Positions 19,213 to 28,076 of a stretch of DNA of 64,000 nt are shown here, in pieces. The translations under genes and the position numbers were made by a program. Position 1 is the stretch's first letter. The number at the start of each line of letters is the position of its first letter. The notes beneath the pieces were generated by a model, which searched no databases, was not told where the DNA came from, and worked only from the letters and a program-made list of their open reading frames with translations. Source of the stretch: an uncultured Clostridia bacterium (GTDB taxonomy: Bacteria > Bacillota > Clostridia > UBA1381); assembly GCA_934476075.1 (NCBI GenBank), contig CAKSNH010000013.1:1-64000 (forward strand), read 5' to 3'.

Positions 19213-19757
19213 TTAAGGTGAGGCTGATGAAAGTAATTGCGATATTTACGATTATTGCCGGTCTTTTCGGATGCAAGGCTCCCGGAGAAAAACCTTTTAT
19301 GCTGGACGGACCGGGCATGGTGTATGTCGACAGTGAGCATCGCACAGAATACGCAAATACTCTTCCGTTCGATGAAATTGATGATTATCCTTATTGGGCG
19401 GTCGCATATTTCGGAGAGGGAGATGAGGGTGAAAAAGCAGCAAAGGAATATGTAGAAAAACTTTTTTCAGAACTTTCAGAGGAAAAACGCCGAGCAATAG
19501 GGCATTACGATTACGGCAGAGAAAAATGGTATCTTGTTATTCCACGGTACGGAGAGGAAAACGAGTTGATTCAAAACGGCGATAAGAAAAATTTGCAAAA
19601 AGTACATGACGGTACACCGTATATAATAAACTGCGGCGGCGATGTTGAATTTTATATCTCCATGCGTGGCGGACATAAAATCACGCTTGATACAGATGAA
19701 AACGGCAGACTGATATGTACACCCGATATATGGGATATAACAGAGTATAAAAAATAA
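19209..19757 (+). CDS. Hypothetical lipoprotein. An alternative ATG start lies at 19227.
   Basis: Lipobox AIFTIIAGLFGC. The GTG start overlaps the upstream stop (GTGA). Confidence 0.5.
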   Translation: MIKVRLMKVIAIFTIIAGLFGCKAPGEKPFMLDGPGMVYVDSEHRTEYANTLPFDEIDDYPYWAVAYFGEGDEGEKAAKEYVEKLFSELSEEKRRAIGHYDYGREKWYLVIPRYGEENELIQNGDKKNLQKVHDGTPYIINCGGDVEFYISMRGGHKITLDTDENGRLICTPDIWDITEYKK

Positions 19758-19781
19758 AATAATTGAGAGGAGAACATAATT

Positions 19782-21089
19782 ATGGGACTTTTAAAAGCAG
19801 GTGCAGGGGCGTTCGGCGGTGTTTTAGCTGACCAGTGGAGAGAATTTTTCTACTGCGAAAGCTTGGATGCCGACACACTTGTGGCAAAAGGCGAAAAACG
19901 AGTGGGAAAAAGAAGCTCCAACAAAAAGGGAGATGACAACATTATTTCAAACGGTTCAATCATTTCAATAAATGAGGGACAGAGCATGATTATCGTGGAA
20001 TCGGGCAAAATTGTTGAATTTTGTGCCGAGGCCGGAGAGTTTGTCTACGATAATTCCACCGAACCGAGTATTTTCTGTGGCAGCTTAGGCGAAAGCATTA
20101 AGCAAAGCTTTGTACAGGTAGGCAAGCGTTTTACTTTCGGCGGTGAACCCGGTAAGGACCAGAGGGTTTATTATTTTAACACAAAGGAAATAACGGGAAA
20201 TAAATTCGGCACGTCTTCACCGGTACCATTTAGGGTAACGATAGATGAAACTATGAACTATAAGCTGTCGGTGGATTTAAGATGTAATGGTGTGTATTCC
20301 TATAAAATAGTTGATCCTGTGATGTTTTATACGAATGTAAGCGGTAATGTCGAATATGTATACAGCCGTTCGGAAATTGATGAAATGTTAAAGAGTGAGC
20401 TTTTGGATGCTCTCAGACCGGCATTTGCACAGATTTCGGCAATGAAAATAATGTATTCAGAAATACCGGCACATACAAAAGAGGTTACAAAGGCTCTTTC
20501 CGAGGAGCTTAAAGCCGAGTGGAGAGAAAAGCGTGGAATTGAGCTTTTCGCCGTAAGCATTAACGGTGTATCTATTCCTGAGGAACAGAGAAAGAAGATT
20601 ACCGAGTGGGAGGAAAACATTATGACAACCAACCCGAATATTGCGGCGGCACGTATTGTCGGCGGGCAGACAGACGCTATGAGAACGGCTGCGGCAAATG
20701 CAGGCGGAATGGGTGCAATGGGCGGCTTTTTCGGAATGAATATGGCACAGAATGCAGGCGGTATGAATGCAGGCAATCTTTTTGCGATGGGTCAGCAGCA
20801 GACACAGCAGCCGCAAGCGGCAGGCTGGAGCTGTGAATGCGGGCAAACCGGAAATGCGGGCAAATTCTGTATGAATTGCGGAAAGCCGCAACAGGTATCG
20901 GACGGCTGGACTTGCTCGTGCGGAACGGTCAACAAGGGTAGGTTCTGCCAGAACTGCGGTAATCCAAAGCCTGTGGGCACACCAACCTATAAATGCGACA
21001 AATGCGGCTGGGAGCCTGAGAATCCCCAAAATCCACCGAAATTCTGCCCTGAATGCGGCGACATATTTGATGATAATGATAAACAGTAA
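19782..21089 (+). CDS. SPFH/band-7-like protein of the YdjI / virion-core-protein-like (COG4260-like) family, with a low-complexity Gly/Met/Ala/Gln linker and a C-terminal triple zinc-ribbon.
   Basis: N-terminus MGLLKAGAGAFGGVLADQWREFFYC typical of this family. C-terminus WSCECGQ...CMNCGKP, WTCSCGT...CQNCGNP and YKCDKCGW...CPECGD. RBS GAGAGGAGAA. Confidence 0.5.
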   Translation: MGLLKAGAGAFGGVLADQWREFFYCESLDADTLVAKGEKRVGKRSSNKKGDDNIISNGSIISINEGQSMIIVESGKIVEFCAEAGEFVYDNSTEPSIFCGSLGESIKQSFVQVGKRFTFGGEPGKDQRVYYFNTKEITGNKFGTSSPVPFRVTIDETMNYKLSVDLRCNGVYSYKIVDPVMFYTNVSGNVEYVYSRSEIDEMLKSELLDALRPAFAQISAMKIMYSEIPAHTKEVTKALSEELKAEWREKRGIELFAVSINGVSIPEEQRKKITEWEENIMTTNPNIAAARIVGGQTDAMRTAAANAGGMGAMGGFFGMNMAQNAGGMNAGNLFAMGQQQTQQPQAAGWSCECGQTGNAGKFCMNCGKPQQVSDGWTCSCGTVNKGRFCQNCGNPKPVGTPTYKCDKCGWEPENPQNPPKFCPECGDIFDDNDKQ

Positions 21090-21227
21090 AATTGCGACAG
21101 CAAAAGCTGTGTGATGAATAAGAAAAGGAGCAAGTAACAATGAGATGACAGTTTTATCTGTTCAGAACATTCACCGCCGGAATACAATAATGATAAAAAA
21201 TAAAAGAATAAGGAGGAATTCAGTATT

Positions 21228-22400
21228 ATGAAAAAGTTATTAGCATTGATTTTGATAATTGGAATGATATTCACACTTGCATCGTGCGGAGATGACAAGA
21301 CCGGAAACGGCGAGCAACAAGCCGAGGGAACTAAAAAGATTGACTACGCAAATATGACAGAGGACGATTTAATCAAGGAATTCATCAAAGATGAAAATAA
21401 TATAACCTTGGACGAATTTGTAAATCTTGCTTCCACATATTCATATACAACAATCAACGATAAGCTTGAACTTGATGAAAATATAACAGATAAAGCAATC
21501 AAAAAACTTAAGGATAACAAGGCAACACTTCCGGCGGCAAAGGAGTTTGTCGAACCTCTTTTAAAAAGCGACTCGCCGCAGGTAAGGGGATATGCTTTTT
21601 CAAACATCGCCACATTTTTCGGGGCAAGTGATTCACATAAAGTGATGGCAAAGGAGATTCTGAAAACCGAAAAAGAGCCTTATGTTATTAAATGTGCGGT
21701 GAGAGTTCTTGGAAATGAAGGTGGCAAGGATGCAGAAATCGGCAAATTCCTACTTGATGCGGCAAAGAATGAAAACGCAGTTGTAAGAAGGCAGGCGGCG
21801 GTTGCTCTCGGAAGCACATGGAACAAAACTCTTGATGGTGCGGTTGATGCGGAAATCGAACTGATGAAGGATTCGGATAACGAGGTTCGGAAAGCAGCGT
21901 ATGAGTATGCCGGTATTCTTGGTGATGATAGGGTGGTTGCACCTATCTCGGAAATGCTGAAAAACGAGGCTGACGCAGACCTTCATTCAAGCGGTGTGAG
22001 AGGGCTTGTTTGGCTGTGGTACGATTATCCGTCGCACGAAAATACAAGCGAAGCGGCATACAGGGCTACGATAGACTACCTTAAAACCACACCGGGCAGT
22101 GATACAGTTCCCACATGGGCAGCTGTGACAAGCTTTACAAACAAATCCGCTCAGAATTATGCCGCATGGAGAGAAAAAGCTACATATTTCAATACGGATG
22201 AACTTTATGAGGTTATGCTCGGACTTGTAAAAAACGAAAATTTAGGACGTATGACGCGCGGATATGCCTGCAAGCCCGTTGCGGTACACTGCTCAAAAGA
22301 GCAGTTTGAAGCATTTGGTGAGGTTGTAAATGCTCTTACCGATAAGGACGCGAAATTTATACAGGACGAGTATCAAAATCAGGCAAAAAGACTTGAATAG
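21228..22400 (+). CDS. HEAT/PBS-lyase-repeat lipoprotein.
   Basis: Lipobox IFTLASCG. Repeated HEAT-like units (VRRQAAVALGS, EVRKAAYEYAGILGDDR, VRGYAFSNIATF). RBS AAGGAGG. Confidence 0.55.
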   Translation: MKKLLALILIIGMIFTLASCGDDKTGNGEQQAEGTKKIDYANMTEDDLIKEFIKDENNITLDEFVNLASTYSYTTINDKLELDENITDKAIKKLKDNKATLPAAKEFVEPLLKSDSPQVRGYAFSNIATFFGASDSHKVMAKEILKTEKEPYVIKCAVRVLGNEGGKDAEIGKFLLDAAKNENAVVRRQAAVALGSTWNKTLDGAVDAEIELMKDSDNEVRKAAYEYAGILGDDRVVAPISEMLKNEADADLHSSGVRGLVWLWYDYPSHENTSEAAYRATIDYLKTTPGSDTVPTWAAVTSFTNKSAQNYAAWREKATYFNTDELYEVMLGLVKNENLGRMTRGYACKPVAVHCSKEQFEAFGEVVNALTDKDAKFIQDEYQNQAKRLE

Positions 22401-22415
22401 TCACAGAATGGAGGA

Positions 22416-23264
22416 ATGACTATGAAAAAAATAATCGGCGTTATACTGATTATAGGAGGCTTGCTCTTTGCTTCGCTTGCCGTAAAAGCTCTTATGTCAG
22501 CACCGCAGTCCTACGAGAGAATCAGAACTGCGGCAACGATTAAGGACGGCAGAATTCTTCCCGAAAATGAGGGGAAGCTTGTAGTTGTTTCGGGAACTCT
22601 TAAACCTGTCGAACAGCTTCAAGACCCAATAACGGGCGTTAAGCTTCCGGGTGTAACGGCGAAAAGAACGGTTTGGACTTATAAACAGGATACCGGCAGC
22701 GGTGATGAAAAAGTATGGGACTGGCAGCCGGAGAATACCGATTACAGTGAAAAGGCAAATTTCGGAATCAATGCCGAGATACTTACAACGACCGTGCTCG
22801 CCGCACCTACCGTGCTCGGTGAGTTTAAGGTAGAGAGCAAGCTGCTTAATCCGCTTATAAGAAACACGGAATTTACGCAATATGACGAGGAGAGCCTTAA
22901 TGTGGGCTGGAAGGTGCTTTCGGGCGGAAAAGAAAGCAGCTACTGCGTTTCAAAAGAACATTGGCTGCCGAAAAAAACAACAGGTATGTACTCATCAACG
23001 GGATACGGAGCTCAAAAAATATCCTACGGTATTGTTTCGCCGGATGATTCGCTCGAATATACGATTGTCGGCGTACAAAAAGGCGATACCCTGATAAAAA
23101 GCGAAGATGTAGATTCGGTTACAACCGTTAAGGGAATTATGACGGCGGAAGAATTTGCCGTTGAAAACAAAAAAGGCGTGCGAGGCGGTTCGATTTTCGG
23201 CATAATAACAGGTATACTGCTTGCAATAATCGGTGTTGGCATGATGGCATTTCGGAGGCAGTAA
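22416..23264 (+). CDS. Hypothetical bitopic membrane protein (N-terminal and C-terminal TM helices).
   Basis: Hydrophobic helices at both termini (IIGVILIIGGLLFASLAV; IFGIITGILLAIIGVGMMAF) bracketing a soluble domain. Confidence 0.4.
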   Translation: MTMKKIIGVILIIGGLLFASLAVKALMSAPQSYERIRTAATIKDGRILPENEGKLVVVSGTLKPVEQLQDPITGVKLPGVTAKRTVWTYKQDTGSGDEKVWDWQPENTDYSEKANFGINAEILTTTVLAAPTVLGEFKVESKLLNPLIRNTEFTQYDEESLNVGWKVLSGGKESSYCVSKEHWLPKKTTGMYSSTGYGAQKISYGIVSPDDSLEYTIVGVQKGDTLIKSEDVDSVTTVKGIMTAEEFAVENKKGVRGGSIFGIITGILLAIIGVGMMAFRRQ

Positions 23265-23266
23265 AA

Positions 23267-23842
23267 ATGAAGATGAACAAAAAAATATTTTCGGGCGGCG
23301 AAACATATATTTCAGCAGCGGCAATCGCAAAACTTACATTAAAGAAGCATATACAAATGATTATAGGCGGATTCTTCACGGCGGTTTTTCTGTTTGGAAT
23401 TATTTCGGGGGTTACAGGGTATAACGAAAATCTTCGCGATAATTTGATTACCAATATAGTTATGCTTGTTCCGTCCGCGCTGATGTTGATAAACGGCATA
23501 AAAAACGGAATAAGAGCGAATCTTGCACGCCGTTATGACTCCATATTTATGTGCGACCGGGACGGCACGGTGACAATCAATGAACTTTCAAAACAGGCGG
23601 GAAAACCATCCTATAAGGTGCTTTCCGAACTGGAATGGCTTTTCGGAAAGGGTGTCTTTCGGGATTGTACACTGCAAAAGCAGGGAGCACCATGCGTGAT
23701 TCTTTTGGGCAGAGAGAACAGCAAAACAAGCTTTGTCAACGTTGTATGCGAAAAATGCAACGGAATAACAAGAATCCGCAACGGAAGTTCCGGAAAATGC
23801 GAGTATTGCGGAAATGTAATCTCAAGCCGCAATACCGGATAA
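23267..23842 (+). CDS. Hypothetical membrane protein with a C-terminal zinc ribbon.
   Basis: Two TM helices, then CEKCNG...CEYCGN. The start overlaps the upstream stop region. Confidence 0.4.
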   Translation: MKMNKKIFSGGETYISAAAIAKLTLKKHIQMIIGGFFTAVFLFGIISGVTGYNENLRDNLITNIVMLVPSALMLINGIKNGIRANLARRYDSIFMCDRDGTVTINELSKQAGKPSYKVLSELEWLFGKGVFRDCTLQKQGAPCVILLGRENSKTSFVNVVCEKCNGITRIRNGSSGKCEYCGNVISSRNTG

Positions 23843-24112
23843 ATGCAAAAATCAAAAAGAGAGGAGATGCAAAGCTATATCGAAAGGTATTAACGCAGAT
23901 AAAGAACTCAACAATTCGGATTATATTGTTATTTAATCCGGCACATTCCGACACAGTTTGCAGAGAAATGTAAAATATCGCATTATGATATTCTGTAACT
24001 GTATCACCGTCATAGCATACGCTGAGGAGCAAAAAAGCACAGAAGAAAACAAAAAGCCTCCAAACAATCGGACGACTATCATGACGGACAAAATAAACAC
24101 GCTGACCGTACA

Positions 24113-24160
24113 GCCAAATTTACCCGTGTTTTTCAAGCGGGTAGGTTTGGCTGTTTTTAA
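24113..24160 (+). terminator. Rho-independent terminator-like hairpin.
   Basis: CCAAATTTACCCG-loop-CGGGTAGGTTTGG followed by CTGTTTTTA. It lies immediately upstream of the partial repeat-family-1 copy. Confidence 0.4.
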
Positions 24161-24182
24161 TTTGTAGGAAATTGCGTAAACA
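24155..24182 (+). repeat. Intergenic repeat family 1, truncated copy (5' ~28 nt only).
   Basis: TTTTTAATTTGTAGGAAATTGCGTAAACA, then diverges. Confidence 0.6.
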
Positions 24183-24227
24183 TAGCCGAGCACTGCTTAA
24201 TGTGGGATTAAAGGACAATCTGCTTGA

Positions 24228-24262
24228 ATTAAAAAAACGAGGTTTCTGCTTTTGCAAAAACC
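24228..24262 (-). terminator. Intrinsic terminator of tRNA-Ser.
   Basis: On the minus strand: ACGAGGTTT-loop-AAACCTCGT followed by TTTTTTT, directly 3' of the tRNA CCA end. Confidence 0.7.
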
Positions 24263-24267
24263 TCGTC

Positions 24268-24358
24268 TGGCGGACAGGGTGGGATTCGAACCCACGAGCC
24301 GCTTACGCGGCTACCTGATTTCGAGTCAGGGCCGTTATGACCACTTCGATACCTGTCC
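24268..24358 (-). tRNA. tRNA-Ser (anticodon CGA).
   Basis: Cloverleaf read manually: acceptor GGACAGG/CCTGTCC with discriminator G and an encoded CCA. Anticodon stem CCTGA/TCAGG with loop CTCGAAA. Long variable arm. T-arm GGTTCGAATCC. Confidence 0.85.
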
Positions 24359-24390
24359 GTATAAACGGAATATATCCACTGCAATTATAG

Positions 24391-24419
24391 ATTATATCAT
24401 AATGTTGAAATACAGTCAA
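24391..24419 (-). promoter_or_regulatory. Sigma-A-type promoter for tRNA-Ser.
   Basis: On the minus strand: TTGACT, a 17-nt spacer, then TATAAT, ending ~30 nt upstream of the tRNA 5' end. Confidence 0.55.
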
Positions 24420-24541
24420 GATTTTTAGAACAAATTTTTTAAATAAAATTTTAAAAAAGTACTTGACTTGGAGTTTACTCCAAATGCTATAATAAATTTG
24501 CAAATAACAGAAAAACTATTTATAGTACGAGAAAAGGAGAT

Positions 24542-26302
24542 TTGAATATGTACATTGAGAATATAAACGGCCCGTCTGATGTCAAAAAGCTGAGTATTGA
24601 CCAGCTTAATGTTTTGGCTGAGGAAATGCGTCACGCATTATTGACAAGACTAAGCAAGCACGGCGGACATTTCGGACCGAATTTCGGTATGGTGGAAGCG
24701 ACTATCGCAATGCACTATGTATTTAATTCGCCGGCAGATAAAATAGTGTATGACGTTTCGCATCAGTCATATCCGCACAAAATGCTTACAGGCAGAAAAG
24801 ACGCATATCTTTACGAAGAACATTATGACGATGTATCGGGTTACAGCAATCCCGACGAAAGTGAACACGATTTCTTCACTATAGGACACACCTCCACATC
24901 GGTCAGCCTTGCGTGCGGTCTTGCAAAGGCAAGGGATTTAAAAGGCGAAAACGGTAATGTTATTGCAGTTATCGGTGACGGTTCTTTAAGCGGCGGCGAG
25001 GCTTTGGAAGGCTTGGATATTGCGGCGGAGCTAAACGGCAACTTTATCATTGTTGTAAACGACAACGATATGTCTATCGCCGAAAACCACGGCGGTATTT
25101 ACAGCAACCTGAAATTACTTCGTGACACAAACGGTACTGCGGAATGTAATCTGTTCAAAGCAATGGGACTTGATTATGTCTATGTCAATGAAGGAAATAA
25201 TGTCGCTGACCTGATTGAGGCATTTGATAAGGTAAAGGACAGCACAAAACCGGTTGTTGTACATATCAACACATTAAAGGGAAAAGGCTATGCTCCTGCC
25301 GAACAAAACAAGGAAAATTGGCATTATTGCAGTCCGTTTGACGTTGAAACGGGCAAACCGCTATATTCGTTTGACGGCGAGGATTATTCGAGCGTTACCG
25401 CCGATTATCTTTTAAAGAAAATGAAAGAGGATAAGAGCGTAGTTGCCATCACATCGGCTACACCTACCGTTCTTGGATTTACGGAGGATAAGAGAAAAGA
25501 AGCCGGAGCACAGTTTATTGATGTGGGTATTGCGGAAGAAACTGCGGTTGCACTTGCATCGGGTATCGCTAAAAACGGCGGCAAACCTGTTTACGGTGTG
25601 TACAGCACGTTTATACAAAGAACGTTCGACCAGATTTCACAGGATATGTGTATCAACAACAGTCCCGCAACAATAATTACATTCTGGGGTTCTGTATACG
25701 GCATGAACGATGTTACACACTTGGGATTGCAGGATATACCTATGATGAGCAACATTCCAAATCTTGTATACCTTGCTCCTACAACAAAGGAAGAATACCT
25801 TGCAATGCTTGATTGGAGTATCGAGCAGACAAAACATTCCGTTGCAATCAAGCTGCCGGGCGGAGCGATGGTATCTGACGGCAAGACAATAACAAAGGAT
25901 TTCGGCAAGCTTAACACTTATGAGGTTACTCAAAAGGGAAGTAAAGTTGCCGTTGTCGGCTTGGGAACATTTTATAATCTGGGACAGCAGGCTGCCGATT
26001 TGATAGAAAAGAAAACAGGCACAAAGCCTACTGTTATTAACCCTTATTATATCACAGGTCTTGACGGAAAATTGCTGACCGAATTAAAGAATGACCATGA
26101 TGTGGTAATCACATTGGAGGACGGTATCTTAGACGGCGGTTTCGGCGAGAAGATTGCACGTTTCTACGGTGCGTCTGACGTTAAGGTATTAAACTTCGGT
26201 TTGAAGAAAGAATTCCTTGACAGATATGATGTCAATGAAGTATTAAAGGAAAATCATCTTACAGCAGAACAGATTGCGGAAGATGTAATCGAATTATTGT
26301 AA
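24542..26302 (+). CDS. 1-deoxy-D-xylulose-5-phosphate synthase-family protein (Dxs-like TPP enzyme). At 586 aa it is shorter than canonical Dxs.
   Basis: Dxs N-terminal pattern GGHFGPNFGMVEATIAMHYVFNSPADKIVYDVSHQSYPHKMLTGR and TPP-binding GDGSLSGGEALEGL...NDNDMSIAEN. RBS AAAGGAG. Confidence 0.6.
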   Translation: MNMYIENINGPSDVKKLSIDQLNVLAEEMRHALLTRLSKHGGHFGPNFGMVEATIAMHYVFNSPADKIVYDVSHQSYPHKMLTGRKDAYLYEEHYDDVSGYSNPDESEHDFFTIGHTSTSVSLACGLAKARDLKGENGNVIAVIGDGSLSGGEALEGLDIAAELNGNFIIVVNDNDMSIAENHGGIYSNLKLLRDTNGTAECNLFKAMGLDYVYVNEGNNVADLIEAFDKVKDSTKPVVVHINTLKGKGYAPAEQNKENWHYCSPFDVETGKPLYSFDGEDYSSVTADYLLKKMKEDKSVVAITSATPTVLGFTEDKRKEAGAQFIDVGIAEETAVALASGIAKNGGKPVYGVYSTFIQRTFDQISQDMCINNSPATIITFWGSVYGMNDVTHLGLQDIPMMSNIPNLVYLAPTTKEEYLAMLDWSIEQTKHSVAIKLPGGAMVSDGKTITKDFGKLNTYEVTQKGSKVAVVGLGTFYNLGQQAADLIEKKTGTKPTVINPYYITGLDGKLLTELKNDHDVVITLEDGILDGGFGEKIARFYGASDVKVLNFGLKKEFLDRYDVNEVLKENHLTAEQIAEDVIELL

Positions 26303-26311
26303 TTTTAATCA

Positions 26312-26348
26312 TACGGGCAAGTCTTTTAACGGCTTGCCTTTTTTGTTT
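26312..26348 (+). terminator. Intrinsic terminator after the dxs-like gene.
   Basis: GGCAAG-loop-CTTGCC followed by TTTTTTG. Confidence 0.5.
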
Positions 26349-26391
26349 TGCAAATTTGATTTATCCGAAGATTAGTGGTATAATAACCTCA

Positions 26392-26460
26392 CGAAATAAA
26401 ACGAAATCAGAGATTTCTGTATCTCGGAGAACATTTTATCATAATACTGCGGCGACATAC
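26392..26460 (+). repeat. Intergenic repeat family 2, copy A (promoter -10 plus conserved leader-like element).
   Basis: TGGTATAATAACCTCACGAAATAAAACGAAATCAGAGATTTCTGTATCTCGGAGAACATTTTATCATAATACTGCG, upstream of the MATE gene. Confidence 0.7.
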
Positions 26461-26519
26461 AGCCGCCTGCGTTGTTATGGTATACTTTAATCACGAAACA
26501 ACAGAGGATATTTATAAAG

Positions 26520-27854
26520 ATGCAGCGAAATTTTACACGGGGGAAAATAACGATTAATATATTGCTTTTTGCACTGCCGCTTATGGCGGGCAATCTCTTG
26601 CAGCAAATGTACAATATAACCGACACATGGATAGTCGGACACTATCTTGGCAGCGGCACACTGGGTGCGGTCGGCTCGGCGTATACGCTTATGGTGTTTT
26701 TGACATCTATAATTCTCGGACTTTGCATGGGCGGCGGAGCGGTTGTTTCCATGCAGTACGGCGAAAATAATATGCCGAAAATGAGAAGAAGTATATTCAT
26801 GTCATTCATGTTCATTTTGGCGGCGACACTGGTGCTTAATGCTATGGTATATATATTTGACGATTTTATTCTGTACATTCTGCGTGTGCCAGACCAAATA
26901 AGACAGCTCATGAAAGATTATCTTTTGGTGATTTATGCCGGTATAACGGCAACGTTTTTGTATAACTATTGCTCGGCGGTATTGAGGGCGATAGGAAATT
27001 CGGTCACACCGCTTATATTTTTGGCGGTGTCGGCGGTGTTGAACGTTTTTCTCGATATTTACCTCGTGGCGGTTGTCGGCTGGGGTGTGAAAGGTGCGGG
27101 AATTGCCACCGTATTTTCACAATTTGTATCGGGAGTGGGAATACTCATATACACACTTAAAAAGTTCCCCGAATTAGTGCCCCAAAAAGAGGACAGGAGA
27201 TGGAATAAAGGCGAATTTGCAGCGGTGCTCAATCTGTCGGCAATGACTTGCTTGCAGCAGTCTATAATGAATTTCGGTATACTTATGGTGCAGGGGTTGG
27301 TAAACAGCTTCGGCACAGCCGTTATGGCTGCATTTGCCGCTGCGGTCAAGATTGATTCGTTTGCATATATGCCCGTTCAGGATTTCGGCAACGCTTTTTC
27401 GACATTTGTTGCACAAAACTACGGTGCGGACAACAAGCAGAGGATTAACAAGGGTGTTGTAAGTGCGGCGGTTACATCGGCGGTTTTCTGCGTTATAATC
27501 AGCACGCTTGTGTTCATTTTCGCAAAACCGCTTATGCAGATTTTTATCAGCCCGTCTGAAACGGAGGTTGTAAATATAGGCATAAATTATCTGCGGATTG
27601 AAGGCTCGTGCTACATAGGCATAGGAATATTGTTTTTGCTTTACGGCTACTACCGTGCGGTGGATAAACCGCTTATGTCGGTAATTCTTACGGTTTTGTC
27701 GCTCGGAACAAGGGTTCTGCTTGCATATTTGCTCTCGGCAATATCTTTCATCGGTGTAACGGGGATATGGCTGTCCGTGCCGATTGGGTGGTTTCTGGCG
27801 GATATGGTCGGAGTGCTGGCGTATTTATACGGACAAAGGAAAAATAAAAACTGA
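26520..27854 (+). CDS. MATE-family multidrug/oligosaccharidyl-lipid efflux transporter.
   Basis: 12-TM profile with the MATE N-terminal motif ILLFALPLMAGNLLQQMYNITDTWIVGHYLG. The ORF-track start at 26472 is replaced by the ATG at 26520. Confidence 0.8.
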   Translation: MQRNFTRGKITINILLFALPLMAGNLLQQMYNITDTWIVGHYLGSGTLGAVGSAYTLMVFLTSIILGLCMGGGAVVSMQYGENNMPKMRRSIFMSFMFILAATLVLNAMVYIFDDFILYILRVPDQIRQLMKDYLLVIYAGITATFLYNYCSAVLRAIGNSVTPLIFLAVSAVLNVFLDIYLVAVVGWGVKGAGIATVFSQFVSGVGILIYTLKKFPELVPQKEDRRWNKGEFAAVLNLSAMTCLQQSIMNFGILMVQGLVNSFGTAVMAAFAAAVKIDSFAYMPVQDFGNAFSTFVAQNYGADNKQRINKGVVSAAVTSAVFCVIISTLVFIFAKPLMQIFISPSETEVVNIGINYLRIEGSCYIGIGILFLLYGYYRAVDKPLMSVILTVLSLGTRVLLAYLLSAISFIGVTGIWLSVPIGWFLADMVGVLAYLYGQRKNKN

Positions 27855-27859
27855 TATAT

Positions 27860-27885
27860 TCCGCCCCACGGGGCGGAACTTTGAA
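27860..27885 (+). terminator. GC-rich hairpin terminator after the MATE gene.
   Basis: CCGCCCC-ACG-GGGCGG. Confidence 0.45.
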
Positions 27886-27894
27886 ATAAATATC

Positions 27895-27923
27895 TTGACA
27901 TATATAAAAAATAGGTGCATAAT
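27895..27923 (+). promoter_or_regulatory. Sigma-A-type promoter for tRNA-Gly.
   Basis: TTGACA (27895-27900), a 17-nt spacer, then CATAAT (27918-27923), 10 nt before the tRNA 5' end. Confidence 0.55.
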
Positions 27924-27933
27924 AATGGTATAT

Positions 27934-28007
27934 GCGGGTGTAGTTTAGTGGCAGAACTTTTGCTTCCCAAGCAAATAGTGTGGGTTCGATTCCCATCACT
28001 CGCTCCA
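27934..28007 (+). tRNA. tRNA-Gly (anticodon CCC).
   Basis: GCGGGTG acceptor. Anticodon stem TTTGC/GCAAA with loop TTCCCAA (U33, A37). T-arm GGTTCGATTCC. Encoded CCA. Confidence 0.8.
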
Positions 28008-28046
28008 AAAAGTAAAATCGTCGCACCAATGCGGCATTAATGATTA

Positions 28047-28076
28047 AATCAACTAATAGTAGTTGATTTTTTTTTG
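28047..28076 (+). terminator. Intrinsic terminator of tRNA-Gly.
   Basis: ATCAACTA-ATAG-TAGTTGAT followed by T9. Confidence 0.7.
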
